A stretch of DNA of 62,286 nucleotides, the filler included, from Basidiobolus ranarum (lineage: Eukaryota), in NCBI GenBank assembly GCA_040143965.1. It is 31 parts of 31 records of this genome, joined end to end, with 100 filler letters (N's around TTAATTAATTAA, not from the genome) between each part and the next. Parts side by side here need not be neighbours in the genome. Positions count along the whole stretch, not along the records: positions 1 to 1,920 come from JASJQH010010961.1; positions 2,021 to 3,940 come from JASJQH010010962.1; positions 4,041 to 5,960 come from JASJQH010010963.1; positions 6,061 to 7,979 come from JASJQH010010964.1; positions 8,080 to 9,996 come from JASJQH010010965.1; positions 10,097 to 12,013 come from JASJQH010010966.1; 25 more parts are not named here. One strand, given 5' to 3'. Below the pieces are notes generated by a model, which saw nothing but the letters and a program-made list of their open reading frames with translations, ran no database searches and was not told the origin of the DNA. This document shows, piece after piece, positions 1 through 10,332 of this stretch (positions are counted from its first letter, which is position 1; the number at the start of each line of letters is the position of its first letter). A program made the position numbers and the translations under genes.

Positions 1-1920
1 AGGAAGGAACATCCATCCATAATCCTGCAATTTATAGATGAATATCCCAGGGGTAGAGTGAAAAAAAGGATCAGAGCATGGGTTAGGGAAATCAGAGAGA
101 GAGAGTAAAGGCAAAATCAGAGAGAGAGAGAGTAAAGTGAATAAACTAACTACTAAATAATAAGTTGCTATTTACCCAATTTCAACATTCCCAATAAACT
201 AATTTTTTTGTATTTCTCTTAAACATAACTTTTATCTTAATAATTCAAATTGTGCTTAAGCTAAAGGTTTGGTTAGAATATCAGCTATCATTTCTTCTGT
301 AGGGCAATAGAGAAGTTCAACTGTATCATTCTCTGATGCTTCTCTAACATAATGATCCCAATATTTATGTGTTATGTTTTAGCATGAAGTGTAGCATTCT
401 TTGCCAAGGAAATGCAACTTTGATTATCTTCAAATATAGTAATAGCATGTATCTTCACATATCCTATGTCAGTAAGTAACTTCCCAAACCACATAGCTTC
501 TTGCATAGTACCAGAGATAGACATATGCTGTGCTTCTGTAGTGAAAAGAGTAAAAGTTGGTTGCTTCTTGATATTCCATGTTTTGGCTTCATTACCATGA
601 AAGTGTACCCATTTGTTGATCTTCTATCATCAAGGTTTCTTCCCTGGTCAGCATCACTGTAGCATTCAGCATTTTGTGCTTTAGGAGCATTTTAGGATAT
701 CTAGGTGGTATATAGATGGATTCAGCATGATTTTCTGATTAGGTTTATCTCTCTTGATTAGGTTTCAAAGAAAATAACTTGATCCGTCTATATCAGTCAT
801 CTGAAATTGGCTTGATGAGCTGCTTTTCATTTGATCAAATGCTTCTACATCATTTGTGGCTATCATCAAGTCATCCACATATTGTGCCAAGCTAATGATC
901 CTATTTCAAGCTGTTTTAATATACAAACTGTGATTTGCTGTATGATCTTCTTGGTCCTGATTCAACCTCTAATGTAATTGGAACTGGAGGTTTGGTTGAA
1001 TAGGGCTCAGATACAGCTGGAATTTTATCAGATGCTTCCTGAATAGTGCAGATTGTGTTTTCTGGATCTTGAACTGTGAATTGAGGTGAAAGATTTGCTC
1101 TTTCATAGAAAACCATTTCAATGAATTGAATAACTTCTGACTTTTGGTATCAAACAGTCTGTAGGCCTTAGATACTTCAAAGCAACAAAGAAGTATGCAT
1201 TTCCTGCTTTTAGGTTTTAATTTAGAGTGTTTTTGAGCTGGAATTAGGCTATATGCTGTGCAACCAAAGATCCTGAGATAATGAATACTTGGTTCTGATC
1301 CATTTAAAGCATCAGAGGGAGTTGAATTTTGTGGCAATCTTGTTGGGCTTCTGTATTTGATACCAACTGCAGTGGAGACATATTTAGTGCAATATTTTTA
1401 ATCTAACATTTGATCAGGTAACATTGATCTTGCCATTTTCACAATGGTCCTATTAGCACATTCTGCACCTCCATTTTGCTATAGAGTATAAGACACAGTA
1501 TTTGGTTGTTTAATATGATATTTAGAACAAAAACTAGCGAAGTCTTTAGGGCAGGTTTCACTACCATTATCACTCCTTAATACCCTTATTTCTTGTGCTG
1601 ATATTTCTCTACCAATGCTTTGTTGTGCTTGAATGTAGCTAAGGCTTCAGATTTTTATTTCAGGAAGAATACCCAAGTATATCCTGCTTTATCATCAATA
1701 ACAGTCATAAAGTATCTTTACTGCCCTGGTGAAATGTTTTCATAGGCCCACATGGGTCAGAATCAATCAGGACAAAACTCTGCGTAGACTTGATCTCTGG
1801 AGAGCTTGAGAACAGCTGAGTGTCATGTTTTTCATATATGCAACCTTCTCACAGACCAATTTAGTGAGTTGTTCAACCACTAAGCCTGGTACATGCTAAT
1901 TTTGGAATATTTAGGACAGT
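1..1920 (-). mobile_element. Degenerate Ty1/copia retrotransposon: integrase, RNase H and start of 3' LTR; most of RT deleted
   Basis: The minus strand gives integrase motifs (FMTVIDDKAGYTWVFFLK, LRSDNG, QNGGAECANRT, YLRIFGCTAYSLIP, KPKSRKCILL) and copia RNase H motifs (KKQPT...TTEA, FEDNQSCI, YCPTEEMIADILTKPL). An LTR-like TGTTG starts at 187 on the minus strand. Many stops and frameshifts. Confidence 0.92.
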
Positions 1921-2020
1921 NNNNNNNNNNNNNNNNNNNNNNNNNNNNNNNNNNNNNNNNNNNNTTAATTAATTAANNNNNNNNNNNNNNNNNNNNNNNN
2001 NNNNNNNNNNNNNNNNNNNN
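1921..2020. other. Artificial contig linker (N44-TTAATTAATTAA-N44); first of 30 identical 100-nt spacers
   Basis: The same spacer recurs at 3941, 5961, 7980, 9997, 12014, 14031, 16047, 18063, 20079, 22094, 24108, 26122, 28136, 30149, 32161, 34173, 36185, 38196, 40207, 42217, 44226, 46235, 48243, 50251, 52259, 54266, 56272, 58278 and 60283. The intervening contigs decrease steadily in length. Confidence 0.99.
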
Positions 2021-3620
2021 ACTTGTGCTAGAAGCCTCAAACATAAGCACATATGCTCTTGGGACCTTCCTTCACACATTCAACATGTTAGTTTGCTTAC
2101 ATCTTGACAAAACTATAAATGTCAACTTTCTACTCAATAAATCAATAAGTGAAAACCACCAATTTCTCTAATTCTCCAAACCACTTCCAACAGACACCTA
2201 AATACTTCATCAGTTTATGAGTCACAACCTTGCACTCTCTGTATTGTCTACTTCTCAAATTTATTGAACATTTTCCTCTTCTGCAAAATTGGATGGAATC
2301 AATTTTCAAGTTTTGAAAATTAAAATGAAAATGCTGCTGCAAGAAAGAAAACTTTGGAACACTGCTGTAGGAAAAGAAAACAATGCCAAACTATCAGAAA
2401 CCACAGTCTTACTCAAGGTTAAAAAAGTACAAAGTGCCTTTAACACAATTTGTCTTGATGTTAAAGACAAATTTCCAAATCAATATTCAAGAGCTAAAGC
2501 TGCCAAGAAGGCATGCAAAGCCTTGGAAGACACCTACCAAACACGTTTTGCTGCTAACAAGATGTTTCTAAGAAGACAATTCTTTAACTTAAAGATGAAG
2601 CCAGGAGAAGACCTTAAATCACTACTCAAAAGAGTCACTGTTTGGGTGGATGAAATGGAATGCACTAGAGTACCAACTATTGATCAAGGTATCATAGTTA
2701 CAGTCCTGAGTAGGCTGCCATGCAGGTTGCAGAGCCTAGTAATGTTTCTACAATCAAAAACTCAAAGTTGTATGTTAAATTAGGTATTTCACAGACTTCT
2801 TGATGAAAATTTAAGCAAATCAAGATCCAACCAAAAGAATGAAGAAAATGCTTTAATAGGCTACAGAAATCTTCCTATAAAGTTCAAAAACAATTTAAAA
2901 AGAAAAGTACCACATTGTGTGATTACTGTAAAAGAACTGACCATTTAAGCAAAGATTGCTTCAAAAGAATTACAAAAGAAGAAAAACACACCAAATCTTG
3001 AAATGTGGTTGCTACATAAGAGCACTTATGCATATCTGCTCTATCTATGCTTGCCAACAAGGATTCCCAGATGTGGTATATTGATTGAGGAGCCTCCCAA
3101 AATTTTGCAAACAAAAAAGATTGGTTTGTGGATTATGAAGAAATCATATTTAGAAAGGTCTTCGTGGGAGATGACTGCTCATTGGATGCTGTTGGAATGG
3201 AACAATTCAAGTCTATTTGACTGCAGCTTTTGAAGAGAAAATGTATACTTTGAAGGATATACTATATGTTCCAGATATAGCCAAGAACTTAAAATCTGTA
3301 TGCAAGGCCATCTCAAAAGGCATAAATTCCATTTTGGTAAGTCAGGATCCACCATCACTGATCAAAAAGGGAATTATTTAGCTTTGTAAGAAAATGATGA
3401 GAACTTAAACAAACTTACATATGATCCTAGAGTTTTATGTGGAAATATAAGTTATTTCAATCAGGCAAGTATTCAATGATGATAAAGGAGATTTGGCATA
3501 TTGGATTTGATTCTTTGAGAAAATGGTCAAAATTTGCCTAATTTCTGGAATTCAAGTTAACCCCCCCCCAATCAAAATGAAAATTTGTGAAGGTTGTATA
3601 TATAATAAATAAGGCAGGCA
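2021..3620 (+). mobile_element. Degenerate Ty1/copia 5' half: LTR end, PBS, gag (UBN2-type), CCHC knuckle, protease
   Basis: ORF 2289-2783 resembles copia gag (KMFLRRQFFNLKMKPGE). CDYCKRTDHLSKDC knuckle near 2915, WYID*GAS protease motif near 3072, and a degenerate PBS gtttatgagtca at 2213-2224. Confidence 0.9.
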
Positions 3621-3624
3621 ACCT

Positions 3625-3940
3625 GCTGGCTAATTAATCTTCTTTCAACATCATAGTTAACTTTAGTTATGATTCATATTTCAGGAACAGAAAGCTACAT
3701 TTCAATAGCCCCTATATTCTAAATACAAATTTCTCTGCATCTATGTAATAAATATGTCTTATTACCCCCACTTATTTATTATATCCTATTACACTAACTC
3801 CTGAATATATTAAAAAATTGATTTACTTCTCTACTATATAAGTCACCATATACTCTTGAGAATAAACTAACTAAAACACACTGTCATAAGTTGCTTCTAA
3901 TACTCAAAGTCTACCCCCATTATGTCAAGATCCTCCAACA
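3625..3940 (+). repeat. LTR copy (same family as solo LTR 4501-4817)
   Basis: Reverse-complement match to 4501-4817. Contains TATATAA and AATAAA and ends CCAACA at the contig edge. Confidence 0.85.
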
Positions 3941-4040
3941 NNNNNNNNNNNNNNNNNNNNNNNNNNNNNNNNNNNNNNNNNNNNTTAATTAATTAANNNN
4001 NNNNNNNNNNNNNNNNNNNNNNNNNNNNNNNNNNNNNNNN

Positions 4041-4904
4041 GCCAGACCAATGATTCTCCCAAAACAATTTCAATACTAATAATGTGATTGTTCTCTGATG
4101 GTTTTGCAATCCAGAAGGGTGGATCCATTCCCAATCAAATTAATTGTACTTTAGTTAGGGGATAGCTGGAAGAATGTTGATTCTGCAATATTAATATAAT
4201 GGTGGGCTTTGATGGAGATAGTAATACAAACTTGTGTTGGATATGAGCTAAACCTTGGGTAAGAAGAACTCTGTAAAAATATTCAGGAGAATATATCAAA
4301 GAAACTAGAGATTTCAATGGTGACAAATTATTATTCAAGTAGTAAATGTGTAAAATTTGAGTTATGTTTTTTGCACATGTGTTGATCCAAAGTCCTCAGA
4401 GATTGTAGCTAATCACATGCAATTATTTTGCAAGATCTTGAAATTTCACTCCTGAAACTGAATAAAATGATTGAAATCAAATCTAACTTGATGATATTAC
4501 TGTTGGAGGATCTTGACATAATGGGGGTAGACTTTGAGTATTAGAAGCAGCTTATGATAGTGTGTTTTAGTTAGTTTATTCTCAAGAGTATATGGTGACT
4601 TATATAGTAGAAGAGTAAATCAATTGTTTGAGATATTCAGGAGTTTGTGCAATAAGATATAATAGATAAGTGGGGGTAATAAGACATACTTGTTATATAG
4701 ATAAAGAGATATTCCTATTTAGAATATAGGGGCTATAGATATGTTGCTTTCTGTTTCTGATATATGTATCATCACCAAAGTTAACTATGATGTTCAATAA
4801 AGATTAATTATCCAACATTTATGATGGAAAGTAAAAGGTCAATCCATAATGGATTAAAATTGTAATGGTTTTCTTATAATAGTAATCCTTAAGTTTTGTT
4901 AGGG
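4041..4904. mobile_element. CACTA-family fragments: transposase-side end (TIR ends 4160) joined to ORF2 3' part and ORF2-side end (TIR ends 4904)
   Basis: Both ends finish GTTAGGG (4160, 4904). The internal sequence matches copies at 12114-13159, 36425-38195 and 40550-41763. Confidence 0.8.
4501..4817 (-). repeat. Solo LTR (317 bp) nested in the CACTA subterminal region
   Basis: Bounded by TGTTGG...CCAACA. It interrupts a sequence that is intact in other copies (about 13065 and 41670). The flanks attac/tttat look like a decayed 5-bp target-site duplication. Confidence 0.88.
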
Positions 4905-5960
4905 CCATGAGATTGCTACTTTCATGCACCCAAGTAATTTCTCAGCCATGTATTCTGCTTCCATTGTTGAAAGTGCTATGATAGGTTGTTATTTTGAATT
5001 CCAAGAAATAACTCCATTACAGCAAAGAAATAAGTATCTGGTTATAGATCTCCTGTGTTCAATATCTCTTCCCCAATTGGCATCTGAATATTCCATCAGA
5101 TCAAAGTTTGATCCAGAGTATATGTATTTTAAGCACTGATCCAGAGTACCTTTCAAATATTTGAAAATCTGCTTAACTGCTATGATTTGATCAGATCCAT
5201 AATTTTGAAGATATTGGTACATAACTCCCTCAGAATATGTAATATCTGGCCATGTTCTAACCATGATAAGGTCAAATTTTCAGTTCTTGATTCTAGTGCC
5301 ATTACTAGGCTCTGAAACTTGTGTGACAGGCTATTCAGGACTGTAACTATGATATCCAGATCAGTAATAGGTACTCCAATGCATTCCATTTCATTCACTA
5401 AAATAGTGACTCCATTAATCAGTGATTTAATGTCTTCTCCTGACTTCATCTTTAAGTTGAAGAATTGTCTTCTTAGAAACATCTTGTTGGCAGCAGAACA
5501 TGTTTGGTAGATGTCTTCCAAGGCTTTCCATACCTTCTTGGCAATTTTAGCTCTTGAGCATTGAATTATAAATTTGTCTTTAACATTAAGACAAATTGTG
5601 TTAAAGGCACTTTGTTCTTTTTAAACCTGGAGTAGAACTTTGGTTTCAGATAGTTTTGCATTGTTTTCTTCTCCTACAACAGTGTCCCAAAGTCTATTTT
5701 CTTGTAGCAACATTTTCATTTTAATTTTCCCAACTTGATAATTGGTTCCATCCAATTTTTCAGAAGAAGGAAAAGTTCCATGAATTTGAGAAGTAGACAT
5801 TACAGAGAGTGCAAGCTTGGGGCTCATAACCTGTTAAAGTATTTGGGAGCCTGTTGGAAGTGGTTTGGTGAATTAGAGAAATTGGCGGTTTTCACTTATT
5901 GATTTATTGAGTAGAAATAAAGGATTTATACTTTTTGGTACAAATTTAGAAAACAAACAT
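4905..5960 (-). mobile_element. Internally deleted Ty1/copia: LTR end, PBS and gag fused directly to RT C-terminus/RNase H
   Basis: The gag pieces (5621-5827, 5180-5521) are paralogous to 2289-2783. They run straight into RTWPDITY and YSDANWGRDIEHRRSIT...ISWNSK (4989-5264). Confidence 0.9.
5820..5831 (-). promoter_or_regulatory. Primer-binding site complementary to the anticodon arm of initiator tRNA-Met (Ty5/copia half-tRNA type)
   Basis: The minus strand reads ...TTTAACA|GGTTATGAGCCC straight after the LTR end. This is the reverse complement of GGGCUCAUAACC in fungal tRNAiMet. Confidence 0.85.
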
Positions 5961-6060
5961 NNNNNNNNNNNNNNNNNNNNNNNNNNNNNNNNNNNNNNNN
6001 NNNNTTAATTAATTAANNNNNNNNNNNNNNNNNNNNNNNNNNNNNNNNNNNNNNNNNNNN

Positions 6061-6183
6061 ACCACCACCTCCACCACCAAATAATCCACCTTTACCACCA
6101 AAGAATATTGGTGCAGGATTTGGGGCCCCTGAGACGACTTTCAAAGCGGTGACACCAAGTACTAAGCTGATTAGGTACTTCAT
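6061..6183 (-). CDS. N-terminus of a secreted glycine-rich protein (cut by contig edge)
   Basis: Reads MKYLISLVLGVTALKVVSGAPNPAPIFFGGKGGLFGGGGGG, with a signal-peptide-like start and a minus-strand TATAAA near 6285. Not in the ORF track. Confidence 0.75.
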
Positions 6184-6851
6184 TTCAGTGAAAGATAGGC
6201 AAGAAGGGGGTAAAGGGTTAGTGATGAATGGCTAATGGAAATATCCACAGGTGAGATTTCAACTATAAATCACTTGTGCTATTTATATGAAATATTAAAG
6301 GGGAAAGTTCAAAAAAGAACATTTTCCGAAACATTCAACTATTCCTTCAAGTTAAATGAATCTGTCGCATTGTTTCATCCCTTGATCGATCGTGAAGAAT
6401 ATTCATTACAGAATATTGTCGATTAAATGATGCAGAATTGTTTACAATTTGTGAGAAGGGAAATTATTATGTTGACTGCTTCCTATTACGCATAAATCTC
6501 TAGGAACTGGAGTGTAGACGCATGAAGATGTTGACAGAATGTGAACAGTGTAAGGTACGGCAAACATTAACATTCACATACAAACCTAAATCAACGCTAA
6601 ATGAAAAGTATGTTCATATAGAGATATATGCGCAAATCTCAGATTTACATAGACGTAAGTAATCCTCAGAGAATCCTTGTTGTTTTCCTGCAGATAAAGA
6701 TTGCTTTTCAATATTCAACAGAATCTAAGCTAACCGCAGAACTTTACTTGAAAGTATAAATATGAGGAATCTCACCTCACTAATCTCCACCTAACCCCCT
6801 CCCTTGTACAAACCACTGCTAACCCAAAAGATTCATTTCTTTCTTCATCAA

Positions 6852-7307
6852 ATGAGAATTCACTATATTCCAGTATTCGCTTTGGCATGCATAAATTATG
6901 CTCATGTGTTTGCTCTACCAAATAGGAATTTCGAATTTGGTATCGCTTTACCAGAGCAGTACTCAACTTCTATGCCAGGTCAGTCTGATACTCATGTAGT
7001 GAATAATCCCAATTCGGCAAAGATTCAGGAGGGTTTCAACAATCACCCACCCCTAGTACAGCCAAAGAAAACACTTTATGAGGATTCAGTTCACCCTGTT
7101 GAACACACAGCCCCTCCCGTACCAAACAATAATCATCCGGTTAATGTGAATGGTCAAAATACGGATGAAACCAATAAGGTGCCTGGGCCAAAAGCCCAAA
7201 GAATTCGTTATAAATTAAAGCAAAAAGCGGATTCAGTAATGACCGATGTTGAAAGAGCGGCTGGAAACTTTGCCCAAAAGATTGAAAGTTTCATTAACGA
7301 GCCTTAA
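6852..7307 (+). CDS. Small secreted hypothetical protein (151 aa)
   Basis: ATG at 6852 starts MRIHYIPVFALACINYAHVFALP (signal-peptide-like). TATAAATA at about 6755, a Pro/Asn/His-rich middle, an amphipathic C-terminus and AATAAA downstream. Confidence 0.75.
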   Translation: MRIHYIPVFALACINYAHVFALPNRNFEFGIALPEQYSTSMPGQSDTHVVNNPNSAKIQEGFNNHPPLVQPKKTLYEDSVHPVEHTAPPVPNNNHPVNVNGQNTDETNKVPGPKAQRIRYKLKQKADSVMTDVERAAGNFAQKIESFINEP

Positions 7308-7743
7308 TATCACGTTAATATTACCTTTTGCCAATAATCTTAATTTATTTTGAAATGCTACTTTGGATAGAAATGGTTTGTACATAATAAACGCTTAAAC
7401 GATTTCCATAATTTATTCCGATTTGTTCAAGTTTGCTGAAAATGCTTTATTTAATCAACTTCCAGTAATAGCTAACATATTCCTAATTCGCAAGATATTC
7501 TGCTTTAAATAATTACGAATGCCAATTTTCAAAGCAAAAAGCATTGACATCACAAACCAAGTTATATCAATTCGTGTTGTAACCAATGTATCAATTCTAC
7601 CGACTGTTAATAGAGTTAAAAGATTTATTTAATGTTGGGCAATATAATATTCCGATATCGAAACTATTAATGATTGACGTTCTTTATTGCCACAAGCCTT
7701 CGCTTAATCAAGATGGACTAATTTCGTTGCTAATAGCAGCGCC

Positions 7744-7977
7744 TTAAGCGCTAGCGCCTGCATTCTCACCCAAACTGGCATAACCTGAAGTACCTTTGTC
7801 CTCATCCTCTCCTCCATAACCTTTACCGTCATGCTTTTTACTGCCATGACTTTTACTACCATGTTTTTTACCACCATGACTTTTACCGCCGTGAGTTTTA
7901 CCACTATGCCTTTTACCACCGGGCCCCTTTCCATCCCAGCCACCGGGACCGCCAGGACCTTTGCCATTCCAACCACC
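7744..7977 (-). CDS. C-terminus of a Gly/Lys/His-repeat protein (cut by contig edge)
   Basis: Open frame GGWNGKGPGGPGGWDGKGPGGKRHSGKTHGGKSHGGKKHGSKSHGSKKHDGKGYGGEDEDKGTSGYASLGENAGASA*, with six 15-bp repeats. The ORF-track calls here are alternative frames. Confidence 0.75.
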   Translation of the reverse strand, partial: GGWNGKGPGGPGGWDGKGPGGKRHSGKTHGGKSHGGKKHGSKSHGSKKHDGKGYGGEDEDKGTSGYASLGENAGASA

Positions 7978-8079
7978 AGNNNNNNNNNNNNNNNNNNNNN
8001 NNNNNNNNNNNNNNNNNNNNNNNTTAATTAATTAANNNNNNNNNNNNNNNNNNNNNNNNNNNNNNNNNNNNNNNNNNNN

Positions 8080-9390
8080 AGATAGCTTCTTGGAGCCTTT
8101 GATTGCAGAATTTCAATGGTTATCTAATGGGGTTCAGATAGGTGAAGATTTTATTAAAGCTAATATCATTTTATGTATTGGTGACACTTCTGCCATCAGT
8201 AAACTTCAAGGTTTTCATGGGGACAATGCACTATTTTGCTGTAAATTTTGTCAAATCAATGGAGTTTACTCTAACAGGTATGCATATTACTACTATACAA
8301 ATACAACACTAAACTTCATGATTTTACCATAAAGAGCCTGGTCAGATTTCAACACAATCACTGATATCGATTCACCAAATAGTCTGTCTAATATCAAACT
8401 TGGTATTAGCTGTAAGCCTAAGATTATATTGCTAAAGGGGATCAGCTGGAGCCAGAGCTTCCAATTAGGCACTATGTACTTACTATTCAACAACATTCCA
8501 TTACTACCTACTCAGTTATATAGTGGAAAATTTAATATGAATGAGCCCTTTGAGATAGGATCAAAGTTTGAATTGATTGGGAAAATGCTTGAAAACGTCA
8601 AGATACCATCTTTTTTTACCAGAACTCCCATGAATATCCACTCATCTAGGCATTTATACAAAAGCAAAGACTGGAAGTATTGATTTGTATATATTCAAGT
8701 GGAATTTTGAAAAGATTTCTGCTTGGTCAGTATTGGCAACATTGAAATTTGTTTGTTTATATTGTTGATACATTCTTACTGCATCAACTCACATTGGCAG
8801 ATTTCAGGCAGATACAGCAACTGTGCAAAGATTTTGAAATTAGATATGAAAAACTTGATTACAGGTTTAAAGAAGATAGACTGAATCTATGCCAGTATTC
8901 AATACATTCCCTGCTGCTTCTTTCACAATACTTAGAGATTATAGGCCTTTGCTATACATTCTGGGAGTTCCCAATGTAGTCCACCTGTGGTAAATGATGC
9001 TCTGCATGAAATTGTCAGTATTACGGTATGCTAATCTGATTAACAATGTATCAGTAAAATCAGTGATAGATGTAATGCAATGGGTCAAGGACACTCCAGA
9101 GTATAGTGACCAGCCAACAAAGGGCTCTTTTCAATGTGCTCACAGGTTTTTGCATTGTTTGAGCAAAATAACAGTAACAAAGCCCAATCCATGGACACAG
9201 AGTAAGTACTTTATAATTGAACTAATTTGCTTGTGTGATAATCTGATGGTGTTTTTAGGAAAGCTGCAAGACAGACTTCTTGGTGAGATACATGGAGATA
9301 CACAGTATTATGGATTTGGCTATAGGGTAATCTATTCAAGCAATGAGACATCTACTTGTGGCAGGAAATTTGTTGACTGCAAGTCACAAA
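8080..9390 (+). mobile_element. Degenerate CACTA/EnSpm (Tnp2-type) transposase, central and C-terminal part
   Basis: Motifs FLEPLIAEF..L..G, GDTSAISKLQGFHG...CCKFC, GTMYLLFNNI, SIHSLLLL and CYTFWEFPM, typical of CACTA DDE transposases. Stops and frameshifts present. Confidence 0.82.
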
Positions 9391-9428
9391 TACATTGGCC
9401 AAAATCTAAGAGCTTATTCTCATTATAT

Positions 9429-9996
9429 CTCTAACAGAAATTCTAGGATTGTTATAGTAGGAAAACCATCACAATTTTACTCCATTTGGGATTGACCATT
9501 TACTTACCATCATAAAATCATCAAGTTTGATTGGATTTTAACCAATTTTTTCAGTTTCAGGAGTGAAATTTCAAGATCTTGCAAAATAATTGCGAATGAT
9601 TGGCAAAAATCTCCGAGAACTATGGATCAACATAAGTACAAAAAATGTAACTCAAATTTTACACATTTACCACTTTAATGCTAATTTGTCATCTTTCAAA
9701 TCTCTAGTCTCTTTGATATATTCTCCTGAATATTTTTATAGAGTTCTTCATACCCAAGGTTTAGCTCATACCTAACATGAGTTTGTGTTAATATATCCAT
9801 CAAAGCCCACCATTGTATTATGGTTTAGCTCATACCCAACATGAGTTAGTATCAATATTGGCTTTTTGCTTGCCTTTACCTTTGAGACTAATTTCAACAC
9901 TTTGAAAAGTACCAGTTGAGGTTGGAGAGCCATGAGTTTTATTTGCTGGTGTTTTGGCTTGTTGAGAGGTGCCAGGTGTTGGATAAACTTCCGAAT
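9429..9996 (-). mobile_element. CACTA ORF2-side end with ORF2 remnants
   Basis: Begins CTCTAACAGAAA (variant TIR) and matches other copies. Has an internal deletion and a short duplication near 9760-9860. Confidence 0.78.
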
Positions 9997-10097
9997 NNNN
10001 NNNNNNNNNNNNNNNNNNNNNNNNNNNNNNNNNNNNNNNNTTAATTAATTAANNNNNNNNNNNNNNNNNNNNNNNNNNNNNNNNNNNNNNNNNNNNT

Positions 10098-10208
10098 TCA
10101 ACAAGTTTATTTCATTTAGTAAATCATGCTTACTTTAAGGCTTTATTATTTTTATCAGCAGGTGCAGTAATTCATGCCATGAATGATGAGCAAGATATGA
10201 GAAAAATA
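10098..10208 (+). pseudogene. nad5: Mitochondrial nad5 fragment (NUMT)
   Basis: Translates to [37 protein letters not shown], the conserved ND5 motif, with AT-rich mitochondrial-style codons (TTA, GTA, TCA). Confidence 0.93.
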
Positions 10209-10332
10209 TATCAAGACCACTAGACCTTGTGATAAGCTTCATTGTGAAAGACTAGGGCCTTTTTAGAATATTATGCAAATCAACTCAGCAGCCTTTTGCC
10301 TTGAACTCCCAAACCAGTTGAAAGTTCACAAT
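10209..10332 (+). mobile_element. Ty3/gypsy integrase C-terminal (GPF/GPY) fragment
   Basis: Frameshifted DKLHCERLGPF...ELPNQLKVHN, homologous to 45195-45290. Confidence 0.7.

Noticed and set aside
7704..8031. ORF-track calls 7704-7976 (-) and 7831-8031 (+) with VVK/FTTM repeats
   Set aside because: These are alternative frames of the 15-bp repeat; the Gly/Lys/His frame has the coherent composition and stop codon.
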